Counted from the stretch's first letter, positions 24,441 to 37,153 are shown. The stretch: DNA of 64,000 bases from Lepidodermella squamata (GCA_047495785.1 JBLDXI010000010.1:1116001-1180000), one strand, 5' to 3'. Notes: a model not told the origin generated them from the letters alone. Numbers and translations: made by a program.

Positions 24441-25190
24441 CCTAACTCATTAAGCCTAAATTTCAATCATAGAAAAAGTCAAATCTAGTGGCCTAGTGAG
24501 AGCGATTAGTAGTAATCAAAACGCGGATCTTCCTACTGAATTCTTCATATCACTGAGTGCCTTTGAAGGAATTAGGGCCTTCAATATAGGATAATAAGCT
24601 ATCGATTAAGCGATAGCCGTAGGTAAAACGAGACAGTTGGAGGATTATCTGCGATGAATGGTCATCATTGATTTAATCCCAGGTATAGCCGTTATATGTA
24701 CTTGCGGATGGGATTCGAAAGCAATTCGCGTGGGCTTAATTTTTGAGCATTGCTAAGTGCCGCTGAAAATCACGGCCCTTGTTAGGTGCAACCTAATTAT
24801 TTATGACTGAGCACCGAGGACGTTTGCCTTGTTCCCTTGTGACACAGAAAATTATGACAAAAAAACACTTCCTGTAGGGTCAACTCGGAAGTCTACCTGA
24901 AATGAAATGAAAACGGAAACTCCAAGAGCTGAAAAAACCGGAATATGTTACTTGGCTAATTATGTTTCCATCTGTCTGCCAAAAATGTCTCATACCAGTA
25001 TTCCCATGCGGGTGAATCCAGACATTTTTCTGGATATTGATCAAGGGACGAAAAATAAGACATATCCGCTCTTAGTTTATTTTAGACTTGGTTTTTTCAC
25101 TCGGATAAAATTTTGATAAATTACTGGCGGCATTTCATTCATAATTTGCCTAAGGTCTTTTCATAAATTAGTAGATGATTGGAACCGCAT

Positions 25191-26622
25191 TCAAAACATG
25201 TGGGATGTTTCCAATTTCGCTGTTTTGATGAACAATCTAGCTTGCTCAGCTATAGAACGGAGGTGATCCAGTACAATTGCGTTGCTTTTGATAAAACCCT
25301 CGCGGTGATAAGGCAGGCCGTGTTTTTTCGCGAATTCTACCACTATCGGGGTAAGTTCCCGGTATCTGTGGCGGGGTAAACGAGGCATCAGGTGATGTAA
25401 GACTTGATATTGAAGGCCGCCGTGAAACCAGTCGAGCCATGCTGGTGTTTCAACATCGAGAGTTGTGATAAATTGATGAGCGACCCAATTATGCTCCGAT
25501 TCGAACTCGAAAACGGGCATGCTGACGTGAGACAGGTTGACTTGAATTGAAGCCATAGCAACGGCACAACTGGCTAGGGTTGCCCAGAGAAATAGAAGCG
25601 GCCAGGTGGGGATACACGATAGCAAATAGCTCTGCCACACTGCGAAGATGCAGAGGCCGAACCATTCAACAGGACGGGTCTGGGACGGAAAGGTAAAAGG
25701 CGGCCTCTGAAAAAGATAAACTAGGAATGAAATCAGTCTCATGCATAAAGTTTAAGTGAAATACCAAAGATTTCGCGATGAGCCCCAGCCGTGTGTAGAA
25801 AACCATCCAAGCGTAGTAAAGGTAGTGCTGAAAAATTGTGTTGAACTGGACAAATTTATTGAAGCGCAGCGTCGCCTTGTGGAAAGTTGAGTAAATGCCC
25901 TTGAAAAAGCGAGGTGACGGTGTAGTGAACGGCATCATTTGGATAACCGGGTCGTGTCTAGGATCATTCGTCATGAGATGATGAATGTTGTGGCGACTCT
26001 TCCACCAGGTTTGTGAAAGACCTCCGAAGACGCTGCCGAAAAAGCTGCCAACGTAAGAGTCGATTTTGCGGTTGTTTGTGACTTCATGATGGCCCATGTC
26101 GTGGAGGAAGAAGAAGATCGATTGCTGCCATACGAATCCCATTCCCAGCCCAGACAACGCAATAGGTAGAACGTACCATCCAGGTAAGATTTTCTCCCGA
26201 AATACCGTAAGGGAAAATGAGGCAACGAAGAATGAGAGAATTCCGAGGAAGTATACAATGTTGTAGAGAATGCTTGGTTGGAAGTAGCCTTTCTCATACA
26301 TTTCAGCTTGAAGCTTCCTGAAATCGAGTGAGATGGGATTGTTGAAGTAGCTCTCAGCCTCAGGTTCCTTTTCCTTGTCAATGACCAGCTTTCCAATGCG
26401 GTAGAGCGGCATTTGCTTCTCGATGACGCGAACTGGATGGTAGGCTCTGATTGCATCGGTCGCGTCCTTCTTTAGAAAATGCTCAATTGCTAATCGTCCA
26501 CCGGGATGACGATCCGCCCAGCTGGTCGCATCATAAACGTACAAATCGTTGACAACAAGCAACTTTCCTTGGTCGATTTCATCTTTCAGTTGCTGGAAGG
26601 AGAAATTCCGTAGGTTAACCAT
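25191..26622 (-). CDS. Cytochrome b5-fused front-end desaturase, delta-8 sphingolipid desaturase-like (copy 1; intron 25707-25764)
   Basis: HPGG heme motif; His boxes HDMGHH, WWKSRHNIHH, QVLHH; DWFHGGLQYQ; one phase-0 58-bp intron. Confidence 0.92.
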
Positions 26623-28542
26623 TTTCGCCGATATATTTTGCTATAATGGCAAGTAATGTCGCTAATTTTGCACTTCTTATCTTCTCACCTAATCGCAACC
26701 GCCTAGTCTGGAGTCTGATTTTTTATGTTTGCACTAGCCACCGACAATATAATTTACATTGAGATATTAATTGCACAACTCCTATTCCTCGAATGCGTGG
26801 GCTGCTTTTTGATTATCTCATAGCATGCACAAGAAAAAGTGACCCCTTATTGACGCTACCTTAAGGCACGACTTCACGCATCCCTAATCATGGTGCAAAT
26901 ACCGCACCTAGTCATCGCATCTTCTCATACGTTGATTAGAACGAATGTGATGCAACACTGTTGAGAATTGGCTTTCTCTTTTCAGAGGCTTCAATGTCCC
27001 TTTTTAGCCCTTATCACAAGAAGCATTTTTCGTAACGAAGCGTTTGATATTTCGCGGTGTGATAATAACTGGTTCAGCTGTTTGAATATTTGAACTTACT
27101 TCTTAGTCAGCTCGTGACAAGGCTGGGAGCGGTTTTCAATTACATTCAATTTTCATCCGTTTGAAATGTTTATCTATCTCAATAAAAAAGGCGGGTATTT
27201 AGCAACAAAGGTTTCGAATTATTTTGAGTGAAGCGACCAAGTAAGCTCCACAAATTGATACAGATATTATGATCTGCAAATAAAAACGCTTTCAAGGTTC
27301 ATTACAGAGCCGTTTTCCCATAATATAATTTATTGCCAATGTATTCCTCTAACGCACGTCTCGGCGCGAGTACCTGATGGTTATTTTTCTATAATTAGGA
27401 ATATATCAGCTCAACAGTACGAAGGTCAGCGCGCTTGAGATTAGCAGCTATTGTCTTATGAAATCCGAATGATTACAAAATGCACTGAATTGTGCTATCC
27501 TATACAAGTGCTTATCAACATCAAGTCCGTTGAGCCGATAGTTGCTAAACGTACACTGAATCGGACACCGACACGGACCTTGAACATAATTTCGTGGAAA
27601 CTGCTGTGACTTTTCTTACCGCACAGGGAAGGTTTTCCGTTTTTGACGACCTTTTCGTTGGTAAAATGTCACTTTCCGCTAATCTTTCACCCCATTAAAA
27701 CCAAAATGAACCGATAGCGGTATTGTTTTGGTCATCTGCCCCAACCAGCACATAACAATATCGGTCCAGTTACAGTGCAGCTTAAAATGCAGTAACTTCA
27801 GTTCTTTTTGGCCTGAAAGCGCGCTACATTCTACATGAGGCCCACAATGGCTCGACAGCTACCGCAACATCGTTTATTACTTCACCAAAAAGCTACCAAT
27901 CGAAGGCGATCTGGCCAACGACAATCGAAGCTTGAGAAATTCAGCGATTTTTAGGTAAAAATTTACTGTGAAAATCCTTAAAAAAATGCGTATACCGCGA
28001 TATAAAATTAATTCTTGCTATTCAACGCATTTGTGCCAGGTATGGGCGTGCCCTTATTCTTTTATCAACAATTGCCTGCAAGCCATTCTATACTTATCGT
28101 TCCTTAGACGTTAATTAGATAGGGCGCCGCGACTTTGATTCGCTAACCGGTAGCCCACGTAAGTAGGGTCAAAGGTAAATTGTTATCGAAAATGATAATC
28201 ATTCCAGTTTCTGCAGCGCAAACATAGCAAGAAATCTCAAGTTCAAGCGAGGTTCCGATTGCGGCACATGACATAGAATGTTAAAATCCCACCGCGCTGA
28301 TGCTTTTTCATTTGAAGGTTATGTATACAGCTTCATTCTGTTGCAAAAGTAATTACTTGTTAAGACTCTTTGCTGTTATCTCTTCTTTTTATTCCAAAAC
28401 GCTTTGCTGCAATAATTGTCAATCAAAAGTAAAAAAATATGATAAGTGAAAAGAAAATTCTCACGAAATCAAGCTCACCGATGTAATGTTCAGATAGCAT
28501 AGGAATTGTCAATATTGAAAATCGAAGAGCAAATTAGTCAAA

Positions 28543-30027
28543 TTAAAAATTGTAGGAGCTTTCGACTTTAGCCGCTTTTATGAACAACTTGGCTTGTTCG
28601 GCTATAGACCGGAGATGATCTAATACAAATTTGTTCCCGCTGATGAAGCCTTCACGCTTATAAGGCAGGTTGTGTTTCTTAGCGAATTCGACGATGATCG
28701 GAGTGAGTTCTCGATATCGGTGTCGGGGTAAACGGGGCATTAGATGGTGCAAGACTTGATACTGAATTCCACCGTGAAACCAGTCGAGCCAAGCTGGTGT
28801 TTCGATATCGAGAGTTGTAACGAATTGACGAGTAACCCAGTTTTCATCGGGCTCAACCTCATAGACTGGCATGCATACGTGAGACATATTGACTTGAATT
28901 GAACCCACGGCTACAGCACAGCTGGTTAAGCCTATCCACAGGAAAACCAGAGGCCAAGTTGGAATGGTTGATAGCAAATAGCTCTGCCAAACGGCGAAGA
29001 TACAGAGACCAAACACCTCAACGCGGCGAGTAATAGAGTGGAAGTGTTGAGGCGGATTCTGAAAAGAGAAATATTTGGTTAAGCATGTGCAAAAATTAAC
29101 TAAACTAAGGGCTGCGTATGAAATTTGTGTACATGTTAAGTGATAGCTTGGAAATAGGGAATTCCTTACCAGGGCAACCAGGAGGACACCAATTCTAGTG
29201 TAAAGAATCTGCCAGACGTAGTACATGTAATGCTGAATCGTTGCGTTGAACTGGACAAATTTGTTGAATAGCAGCGTTCTCTTGTGGTAAGTCGAATAGA
29301 TCCCTCGGAAGAAAACTGTTGATGGCGTTGTGAAGGGCATAAGCTGGATAACCGGGTCATGCCGAGGATCATTTGTCACCAAATGGTGAACGTTATGGCG
29401 GCTCTTCCACCACGTTTGTGAAAGACCTCCGAAGACGCTCGCGAAAAAACTGCCGAGAAGCGAGTCAATTTTCCGATTGTGTGAAATTTCATGATGGCCC
29501 ATGTCATGAAGGAAGAAGAAGATGGATTGTTGGCATACGAAGCCCATTCCAAGGGCCGACAATGCGATAGGCAAGACAAGCCAACCGGGCATAAGCCGAT
29601 CCCGAAAAACAGTGAGACAGAAAGAAGTGAGGAACAAGGAAAAAATTCCGAGAAAGTACACGACGTTGTAGGCAATACTCGGCTTGAAGTAGCCTTTCTT
29701 GTAAAATTCATTCTGCAGCTTTCTGAAATCGAGTGAGATGGGGTTGTTGAAGTAGTTCTGAGCCTCAGGTTCTTTCTCTTTGTCAATGACCAGCTTTCCA
29801 ATGCGGTAGAGCGGCATTTGCTTCTCGATGACTCGAGTTGGGTGGTAGGCTCTGATTGCATCGGTCGCATCCTTCTTTAGGAAATGCTCGATTGCTAGTC
29901 TTCCACCAGGATGACGGCTGATCCAACTGGTCACGTCGTAAATGTCGAAATTGTTTACAACGAGCACTTTCCCTTGGTCGATTTCATCTTTCACTTGTTG
30001 GAAGGAGAAATTCCTTAGATTGGCCAT
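28543..30027 (-). CDS. Cytochrome b5-fused front-end desaturase (copy 2; intron 29059-29169)
   Basis: Same motifs as copy 1. The ORF track reads through a 111-bp in-frame intron at the same position as the introns in copies 1 and 3. Confidence 0.92.
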   Translation of the reverse strand: MANLRNFSFQQVKDEIDQGKVLVVNNFDIYDVTSWISRHPGGRLAIEHFLKKDATDAIRAYHPTRVIEKQMPLYRIGKLVIDKEKEPEAQNYFNNPISLDFRKLQNEFYKKGYFKPSIAYNVVYFLGIFSLFLTSFCLTVFRDRLMPGWLVLPIALSALGMGFVCQQSIFFFLHDMGHHEISHNRKIDSLLGSFFASVFGGLSQTWWKSRHNVHHLVTNDPRHDPVIQLMPFTTPSTVFFRGIYSTYHKRTLLFNKFVQFNATIQHYMYYVWQILYTRIGVLLVALVRNSLFPSYHLTCTQISYAALSLVNFCTCLTKYFSFQNPPQHFHSITRRVEVFGLCIFAVWQSYLLSTIPTWPLVFLWIGLTSCAVAVGSIQVNMSHVCMPVYEVEPDENWVTRQFVTTLDIETPAWLDWFHGGIQYQVLHHLMPRLPRHRYRELTPIIVEFAKKHNLPYKREGFISGNKFVLDHLRSIAEQAKLFIKAAKVESSYNF

Positions 30028-31584
30028 TTTCCAATCGTGTCAGGACCTTGTCACACGAAAAAGGATTATATTTTGGTTTTATCTGAGCGTTTGCAACCTT
30101 TTTATAGTCACAATTAAGTCTTGCGTGGGGAGGTCTGTTTGTTTGCACTGGCAAAGGATAACATGATTGGCACCAAAAGTTACAAAGGAAACTTGTTTCA
30201 GAAACGCGTGGGCAACATCACGAATTCCGTTTTTTTCGGCACCTGTTATCGGCAACTATTCCAATAATTGCGTCATACATGTCACTTGAACTATATATTT
30301 ATAATAGAATGATGAGCGAAAAAATTACACGACGGAGAAAAACTCTCATTACGTAACTACTATTTATGATCGGCGAGGTTTAGTATGATTAACTGGATTT
30401 GTCATAACACGAGCTTTCAGAAACTGTGTCACCGGACAAATAAGTTTTAAAAAACCAATTATTGAAGCTCCAGAGTTTTATTGTAGGAGTCGCTTTCAAT
30501 TTATCTGAGTACCTCAGAAGCTTCTATATTTAAATCTTACTTGGAAGGAAAATATCACTGGTTTAAATAACACGTGAGTCGCAGTAAGTAAGCACAAAAT
30601 AAATTACCCCTCAGCTTGAGAGGTCCAGACATATAAACCCTGACAAACAAGCACGAGGGACAATTTGGCCGATATTTTCGAGGCCGGCAATCTTCTCGAG
30701 GATCTTATTACTTCGCGCACTTATTAGCGTCTTCCTACGGTAAAGCGAATATGCTCAGCTTCTTTGAAAAATGAGACGAATGAAAAGTTTCCATATTTTA
30801 GCCAGATACTCATTTGAAAGAGGCATTACTAGTATTCATTAGTTCGTAGCTTAGGCTTAGTAGATGAGAAGCAACAGATAGCCATGGCGAGTCTCAAATA
30901 CAGCATTTACCACTACAACATTGGAAAAGCTTTCTTCTTTTTTTGTTATTTTTTTGTTATAAAATATCAAAATATTTTATTCTCGACTCTTCGAACATTT
31001 CACCATCTTCTCTTATTGACTCATTCTATTCATGTTTTCAGCTTGCTACCCAGTGCAACTTCTGGCCCTTTCTCTAGCGAAACACAGTCATAACTTAGGG
31101 CTAGCCAAATTCGCTCTTTTATCGCTTACTGCGTTTCTTTTTTTCTATTATCGTATTTGCTCGAGTCGTGGTCTGCGTTCTGTGTTTCACCGATATCTAT
31201 TACCACCATACAGGGGGGTTAGAAGCACGACCGTGTCCCTTATCTATTTTTTGGGCGTTTATCACCCAAGAAATCCGTCAGAGACATTCTTAACCTAGAA
31301 ACAGATGAAAAATTATACAACACTAAATTCGATTCATTTTCATCTAGCATCCAGTACCCACAATTTTGGCAGGTCTTCGAAATTGTAACTATGATCGCGA
31401 AAAAAATACTCGACTTCTACATTGTTTTGATTGAAATAAAGCCGGAAATAATTCAACACTTCGCCGCGAGGAATGAGAGCCCTCTCTTACAGCCCACGTC
31501 CTCTTCAGCCAGCTCAAGGAGCAACTAGCTCATAACCTGATGAAAATAATATTCCCCGATATTTTCGGTACAAAGGCATCAGCT

Positions 31585-31986
31585 ATGCATTATATCTCCG
31601 CGTTTTCCGTCGCAGCTTTCGTCGCTGTCCACCAGTGCTATGCATTCTACGTTCCACATCTTGTGAAACCGCTTCACGAAGACTCGCCTTTCGCCTACAA
31701 CGACCAGGACCTGCACGGGCCGGGGGATGACGGCCAAAACTACGACTTCTGGTCGAGTTTAGAAGACAGCAAGCAGAAGCGCGATGACGACTTTGAAGAT
31801 GAAATCTACGACGATGATTTGATCTCACTGATGAAGGATCAGAAGTTCAGGAGCAAAAAATCAGCTGGAACGCCGAAACTTGAACGAAAAAAGAGGTGGG
31901 TTCTCCGATGGAACGGACAAAAAAATGTCCACAGCGGTGCAAAATACAATAGAATGAACCAGTTCAATGATGATAGCAGTTACTAA
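31585..31986 (+). CDS. Prepropeptide (neuropeptide/secreted peptide precursor-like) P1
   Basis: Signal MHYISAFSVAAFVAVHQCYA, acidic spacers, KR and RKKR sites, C-terminal peptide WVLRWNGQKNVHSG... Confidence 0.78.
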   Translation: MHYISAFSVAAFVAVHQCYAFYVPHLVKPLHEDSPFAYNDQDLHGPGDDGQNYDFWSSLEDSKQKRDDDFEDEIYDDDLISLMKDQKFRSKKSAGTPKLERKKRWVLRWNGQKNVHSGAKYNRMNQFNDDSSY

Positions 31987-32352
31987 CCCGACTGCAGAAC
32001 TTTAAAATCCGGACTAATATCAATATAAATCGATGCACTGCTTTTTCACACCAGAATTTTGTTTACAGTCTCGAAATAAAAACAAAATGGCTTATCACGT
32101 CATGTTTTAATGAGCTGGGATTTGTGACATATCTTTTTTGGTCTAAAATCGATTGAGCTAAATCACGGATTGTTCTTTTTTTAATTATCCGCATAATCAA
32201 CCATTTGATCCTCGGCTAAAGCCACGCAAAATTAGCAATTTTCCTAGCTGCCCCGGAAGATTAATGCGAAATTGATAGAGGTTGCTCAGTTTTGTTCATT
32301 TTTTTTTCCTGAGCACAGTCTGATTTTTTTCTCGGAAATTTGTGTCTAAGGT

Positions 32353-32625
32353 ATGGCTTCTTACTTGAAAACATTCTTTGCCTTCGCGGCGATTGCTGCC
32401 CTCCTCATCGCTGATTTCGGCAGCGTTGAGGCAAGAGGTCTGAGCAACTACGAACGTAACCTTGTTGCCGCTCGCAACAGCCAACTTGGGAATATGATCA
32501 GCAACTCTAAGAGATCCGCTGGTCTTTATGACGGTGATGATGATGACGGCAGAGTTTGGCAGAAGCGCCGTCTTGGCGAGATGCGCAACAACAAGGCTAA
32601 GAACTTTGCTGCCATGGGACGCTAA
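32353..32625 (+). CDS. Prepropeptide P2, predicted amidated product
   Basis: Signal peptide; KR and KRR sites; ends LGEMRNNKAKNFAAM-GR* (amidation signal). Confidence 0.85.
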   Translation: MASYLKTFFAFAAIAALLIADFGSVEARGLSNYERNLVAARNSQLGNMISNSKRSAGLYDGDDDDGRVWQKRRLGEMRNNKAKNFAAMGR

Positions 32626-33948
32626 AACTTCAGATACAGAATTCTGAACTCAGAACTTGGCAGTATGCAACTGTGTTCGCTATAATTATTTGATATGATT
32701 AATATGTAGAGAAGAAGTTATTTCGATCAATAAAACCGAATGTAGTTTGTGGTACTGACTCATTATCTGATTCATTCGACAACATCGTATAATATATCGC
32801 GGACAGAAAGACTTGCCCAGAATAGTATCAGATGGCGTAATGCATTTGATACACCGAAAAACTGGCTTTCTAGTGATCAGGCGAGTGATCAGGCGAGTGG
32901 AGATGGAAAAAGTTAGTTTGACGCGATTTGTTTCTATTGCAAGCAAGTCGTTCTGTCGCGCGTCGCGTCCCCCTCTCTCCAGCGATATATCGGGATCATC
33001 TACAGTCTTATAGAGTTAGTCATCTACGAAAAATGTTTTAACACTGCCACCCGCTCATCTTGGCGAATTTTTCCGTGGTTGAACATTATTTTGAAAGCTG
33101 TAACCGCTAAGATTATGTGGTTCAAAGTAATGAGGATACCGTGAAAGAAAGAAGCGAAAAATTGATAAATTTGAAAAACTCAGTGTTTCCCATTTGCTGA
33201 AAATATGAGATTCGGCATTTGAAAATTGCTGATTAAACTTAAGAAAGTCAGTTCAGGTTTCCCGCTCTGGAAATGCGAGAAGCGCTTTACATGCACGTGA
33301 AATTCTTGGATGTTTATCGAAATAAGAGACAATTTCTCGGGCTATTTCCGCTTTTGAGATTGTAAAATCGAGAGTTTAGTGGAGAACATCAGCTAAATAT
33401 CAAATTGAGCAAAATTAACTACCTTGTAAATTACCGTTTGTCATTTTGCGAGCTACGTCAAAGTCTTTTTAACCATTTAAAAACGTAGCGATTACAGCTT
33501 CGAAAATCATCTCGGGCACTGAGAATTCGCAAAGATCAGTGAAATATTACACATTTTCGGACACGCTGAAGTAACGAGTGAAGACAATTTTAACCTCATT
33601 ATTTTAACATTGAAATTGCCAGACAGAGCGCCACAATTTCTACTAATTGCTGGCTGGATGAAAGAAGAAAAATTCCGAATTCTTTGTAAATCATCTTGAG
33701 GAGAAAGACATTTTGAACATATTTACGTAATATTGCAGACTCATGTGACTTTTAAAGGAAAAATAGCAAAACATGTTTTTCAAATTATCGAGCCGGATAT
33801 TACAGAATTAATGAAACGCCCGTAGCCACGTCAATCCATTAATCTGACCGTCAGTAAATCTGGCAGTTCCGAGAGTTGAACGACATTTTTGCAATCGGCG
33901 TTTTTCTGAACACGTTGTCATTTTTTTGACTTTTCTTTCGGCAAAGAA

Positions 33949-34161
33949 ATGAAGCTTTTCGCACTTTTTCTTGTAGTCGCCTTTGCGATTTTCGGATCAG
34001 TTTTTAGTTTCACGAACGACCGCGAGATTCAAGCTCTTGCAGATCTCTACGCGGATGACGCACGAGTTTTCTTTTCGCCATGGCAGAAGCGTCGGTTTGG
34101 AATGCGAAATTCGATGACTTCGAACAAAGTAAAAGGCGGAGTTTACCGTTCGAATAACTAA
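33949..34161 (+). CDS. Prepropeptide P3 (paralog of P2)
   Basis: Signal peptide; LYADDARV..WQKRRFGMRN..NKVK aligns to P2 LYDGDDDDGRVWQKRRLGEMRNNKAK. Confidence 0.82.
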   Translation: MKLFALFLVVAFAIFGSVFSFTNDREIQALADLYADDARVFFSPWQKRRFGMRNSMTSNKVKGGVYRSNN

Positions 34162-34378
34162 CTATAGATCTCAAGCGCGAATTACTCATGAATTAAAATT
34201 GCACCTAGTCATCCTGTTTCGTGTCAGCCCACGACTATGATTGATGGAATAAAATGTGTCAAGACGTAGGATGGGAAATGTGAAATTAGATCTTTTTATT
34301 GCTCTCTGTCTGCAGGCTACGCTTCCTGAACACCTTTTATTAGGCCGCTATGCAAGGTTTCGCTGACACTTTACGCAA

Positions 34379-34729
34379 ATGAGCCGCTCAATTTTCATTA
34401 TTACATTCTTTCTCCTTCTCAACCTTGCTGTGTCCCATGCAGGTGAGGACAGTAAGGTTGATCTTGAAGATAGTGAAGATGGAGATTTTTCAGATGAACG
34501 AGAGCTAGCGAAACGGTCCTCTGCCTTGGAAGAGGACGATAGCGATTCGTCTGACGACCGTGAACTAACAAGGCGATCATCAGACGAGGCCGTCGAGGAT
34601 CAACCTGACGAGGCAGATATTCTGGAAAAACGATCTGCAAACCGGGACAATTGGTACGGCCGTTCTGCCCTTAGCAACAGATACGCTGCGTCCAGAATGG
34701 GAAAGGATGTCAAAAGTCGAACAGCGTAA
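34379..34729 (+). CDS. Prepropeptide P4 with repeated acidic spacers and a cationic C-terminal peptide
   Basis: Signal peptide; RELAKR-SS, RELTRR-SS and ILEKR-S units; final peptide SANRDNWYGR... Confidence 0.85.
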   Translation: MSRSIFIITFFLLLNLAVSHAGEDSKVDLEDSEDGDFSDERELAKRSSALEEDDSDSSDDRELTRRSSDEAVEDQPDEADILEKRSANRDNWYGRSALSNRYAASRMGKDVKSRTA

Positions 34730-34930
34730 TTTGCTCCGGTTTCTCTCGCGCTTAATTTAATCAGACAGGCTTCGGGCTAAGTAAAGACTAATCACTTCGT
34801 TTCTTGATCCTGTGACACCCGTGGGCTAATCTATTTCGGATATAAAAAATTGAGAAATAAATACGCTTAATTGTTTTACTTTCAATTTAGCCACCCTATT
34901 ATATTTAGTAAATTTGTTGATACTTCGAGG

Positions 34931-35257
34931 ATGCAGATTGTCCTACCTATTGCCATCGCTTTTGTTGGCCTTCTCGCGTTATCGAATGCCGAGGATGAGT
35001 TTTCTATCGGCGAGGAAGATCTTACCGATTACACTCTGGAGCCATTTTTCAACGAACAAAGCCAGCAAATGGTTGACTATGAGCCTGTTTCGCGGAAACG
35101 AGCCGCCCGTCCGATCTATAACTTCAAAAGCGAAAATGCGGCGGACTTTGGGGCGCAGCCATCTGAATCGCGCAACATATTGCCGACCCGCGCAATTGGT
35201 ACGAACAATAGAATTCGCGGCTTCAGGCACTCGAAAACGAGCGAGACAAGCGAATAA
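34931..35257 (+). CDS. Prepropeptide P5
   Basis: Signal MQIVLPIAIAFVGLLALSNA, acidic propiece, RKR site, basic C-terminal region. Confidence 0.8.
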   Translation: MQIVLPIAIAFVGLLALSNAEDEFSIGEEDLTDYTLEPFFNEQSQQMVDYEPVSRKRAARPIYNFKSENAADFGAQPSESRNILPTRAIGTNNRIRGFRHSKTSETSE

Positions 35258-35414
35258 TGGGCAGAGCCCGTTACGGCCGTACACTTCAAACTCTTTTATT
35301 GTTGAATCGCAATAAGCACTTTCATTTATTCCAGAATAAAGAATCGCACGAGGCCAGCTTCCTGTTTCTATAATATTAGCCAATACAATATTAGCCAATC
35401 TATAATAATACAAA

Positions 35415-35717
35415 ATGGGAAAATTTTTGCTCGTGAGTGCGATTCTCATCGCTGCGATCAGCATATCAGAAGCCCGAAGCCGTTTCCAATGGTCTGGTAA
35501 GCCTGTTGGTTTCTTCCCGAGTAAGCAGAGAATGAGTCTGCTGGAGGACGACGGAGTTGCCCATGAGGAAAATCATTCATTCGACGCCCCCGAAAAGCGG
35601 ATGGTTCAATTCGCGCCCCGCCTACCCATGTACAACTATCCTATGATGAACAGTGAAGAAAATACAGCACAAGGACAATATTTTTACCGCATGTTCAAAC
35701 GGAGTGCAAAGCAGTGA
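35415..35717 (+). CDS. Prepropeptide P6
   Basis: Signal peptide; RSRFQWS-GK (possible amide); EKR and FKR sites flanking MVQFAPRLPMYNYP... Confidence 0.82.
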   Translation: MGKFLLVSAILIAAISISEARSRFQWSGKPVGFFPSKQRMSLLEDDGVAHEENHSFDAPEKRMVQFAPRLPMYNYPMMNSEENTAQGQYFYRMFKRSAKQ

Positions 35718-36431
35718 ACGGACACGTTTTTATGCATTAATCTTGCGAATTCCTCGTCCCTTTCAGCATTCAGCAATCATCCTATTCCCTTTGAAACCTC
35801 ACCGTTGTTGTACTTGCGAATTTGTAAACTAATAAAATGAAGAGCTTTATTACACAGAGTGTGTCCTTGGTAAACAAGATCTAGACTCTCGGGGGATTAC
35901 AACTCGATGGAGATGCGCGGGCTTACATCGATCAGAAGCCACAGGGGTGTAAATGCTGGTCATCACTCTGACGTCAATTTTCATAAAATCCAGGTATGGA
36001 CTGTTTGTTTGCGTCCCCTTCTTCTTCTTCACGCAAAAGTGGGCGTGATCATCTCGAAAATAAAATTCGCCATTATCGGCGGGCCCAATGATGCGAGGCG
36101 GCATGCTCCATGCGCAAATTAGCCCCTAGGGAGCCATTAGCCATTCAATTTTTATTCATTTTTTTCGCTAGCGATGAATTTCTCAATTCATAACATAGAT
36201 GCCTTCCGTGTTTTTTTCAAGACTGATGCAATTACAGAGCAGAGCTGTTAATGGGCGGAAACCATGTGGCTCTTTATCACACACACATCTTCCGTAAACA
36301 TTTGTCCTACGAACTTTCTAGAAGTCCTTTCACTTCAATCGTCTGCGTCATAGTGCCGCATCCGCGACCGGCTTCTAGCAGCTCTCTTTATTTAAACTCT
36401 TCAAACTCAAATAGGTTTTATTTTTGAAATT

Positions 36432-36689
36432 ATGACCTCAAAAGCATTCGTTGCCCTCACAATCCTCGCGGGTATTTTCCTACCTGCCTTATTGGTATCA
36501 GGCGAGGAAGAAATGAACGACTTGCTGCTTCATTTCATCGAAAATCGCGGCGAGGACGATGCTAATTACTTGCTGGACGACGATACCCGATTCGAGAAGC
36601 GATTCATCGGCTCTGAACCGTCACATGCAGTCGTGCGCCGTCTACTGAAAACTCGTTTCAACGACGATTTGGACTTGCTGGAGGACTAA
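36432..36689 (+). CDS. Prepropeptide P7
   Basis: Signal peptide, acidic spacer, FEKR site, then FIGSEPSHAVVRRLLKTRF... Confidence 0.8.
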   Translation: MTSKAFVALTILAGIFLPALLVSGEEEMNDLLLHFIENRGEDDANYLLDDDTRFEKRFIGSEPSHAVVRRLLKTRFNDDLDLLED

Positions 36690-36952
36690 GGCGCTGTTGA
36701 CACTCTAGTTTAGTAATCGATAATTTTGCAGTCTATCGATGTTAGAGAATTAATGAATAAAATTTTCTCTTATCCACCACTGATTTTTTTCATAATCTGG
36801 TATTCAGTCTATAATGCGGATAAACAAGGGCATTTTTCGTACGTATTAAAGCAAATCTTTTGATTGCTTTGGGGCGTTGGTTGCTTTTGGGACGGAGGCA
36901 ACATAAGGCTTTTTTGAGGTTTGTTATTTACTTCGGTTTTTTTCGAAAAAGG

Positions 36953-37153
36953 ATGCGTTTCCCCGCGGCGGTTTTCACCTGGACTCTGGTCGTTATAGCC
37001 ATTGTTTTCTGTGCTACCTTCAGCACGGCAAATGCCGAGCAGTATCAATACGACATGATTTCGGCCGACAAGCGCCCCCGTGAAAGCGCAGCCATGTACC
37101 GCAACCGAGACCGCCGCCGCTTCCCCTTCAACGTCTGGGGACAGGCAGAATGA
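36953..37153 (+). CDS. Prepropeptide P8
   Basis: ATG 36953 gives signal MRFPAAVFTWTLVVIAIVFCATFSTANA; DKR and RRR sites; FPFNVWG. Confidence 0.75.
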   Translation: MRFPAAVFTWTLVVIAIVFCATFSTANAEQYQYDMISADKRPRESAAMYRNRDRRRFPFNVWGQAE

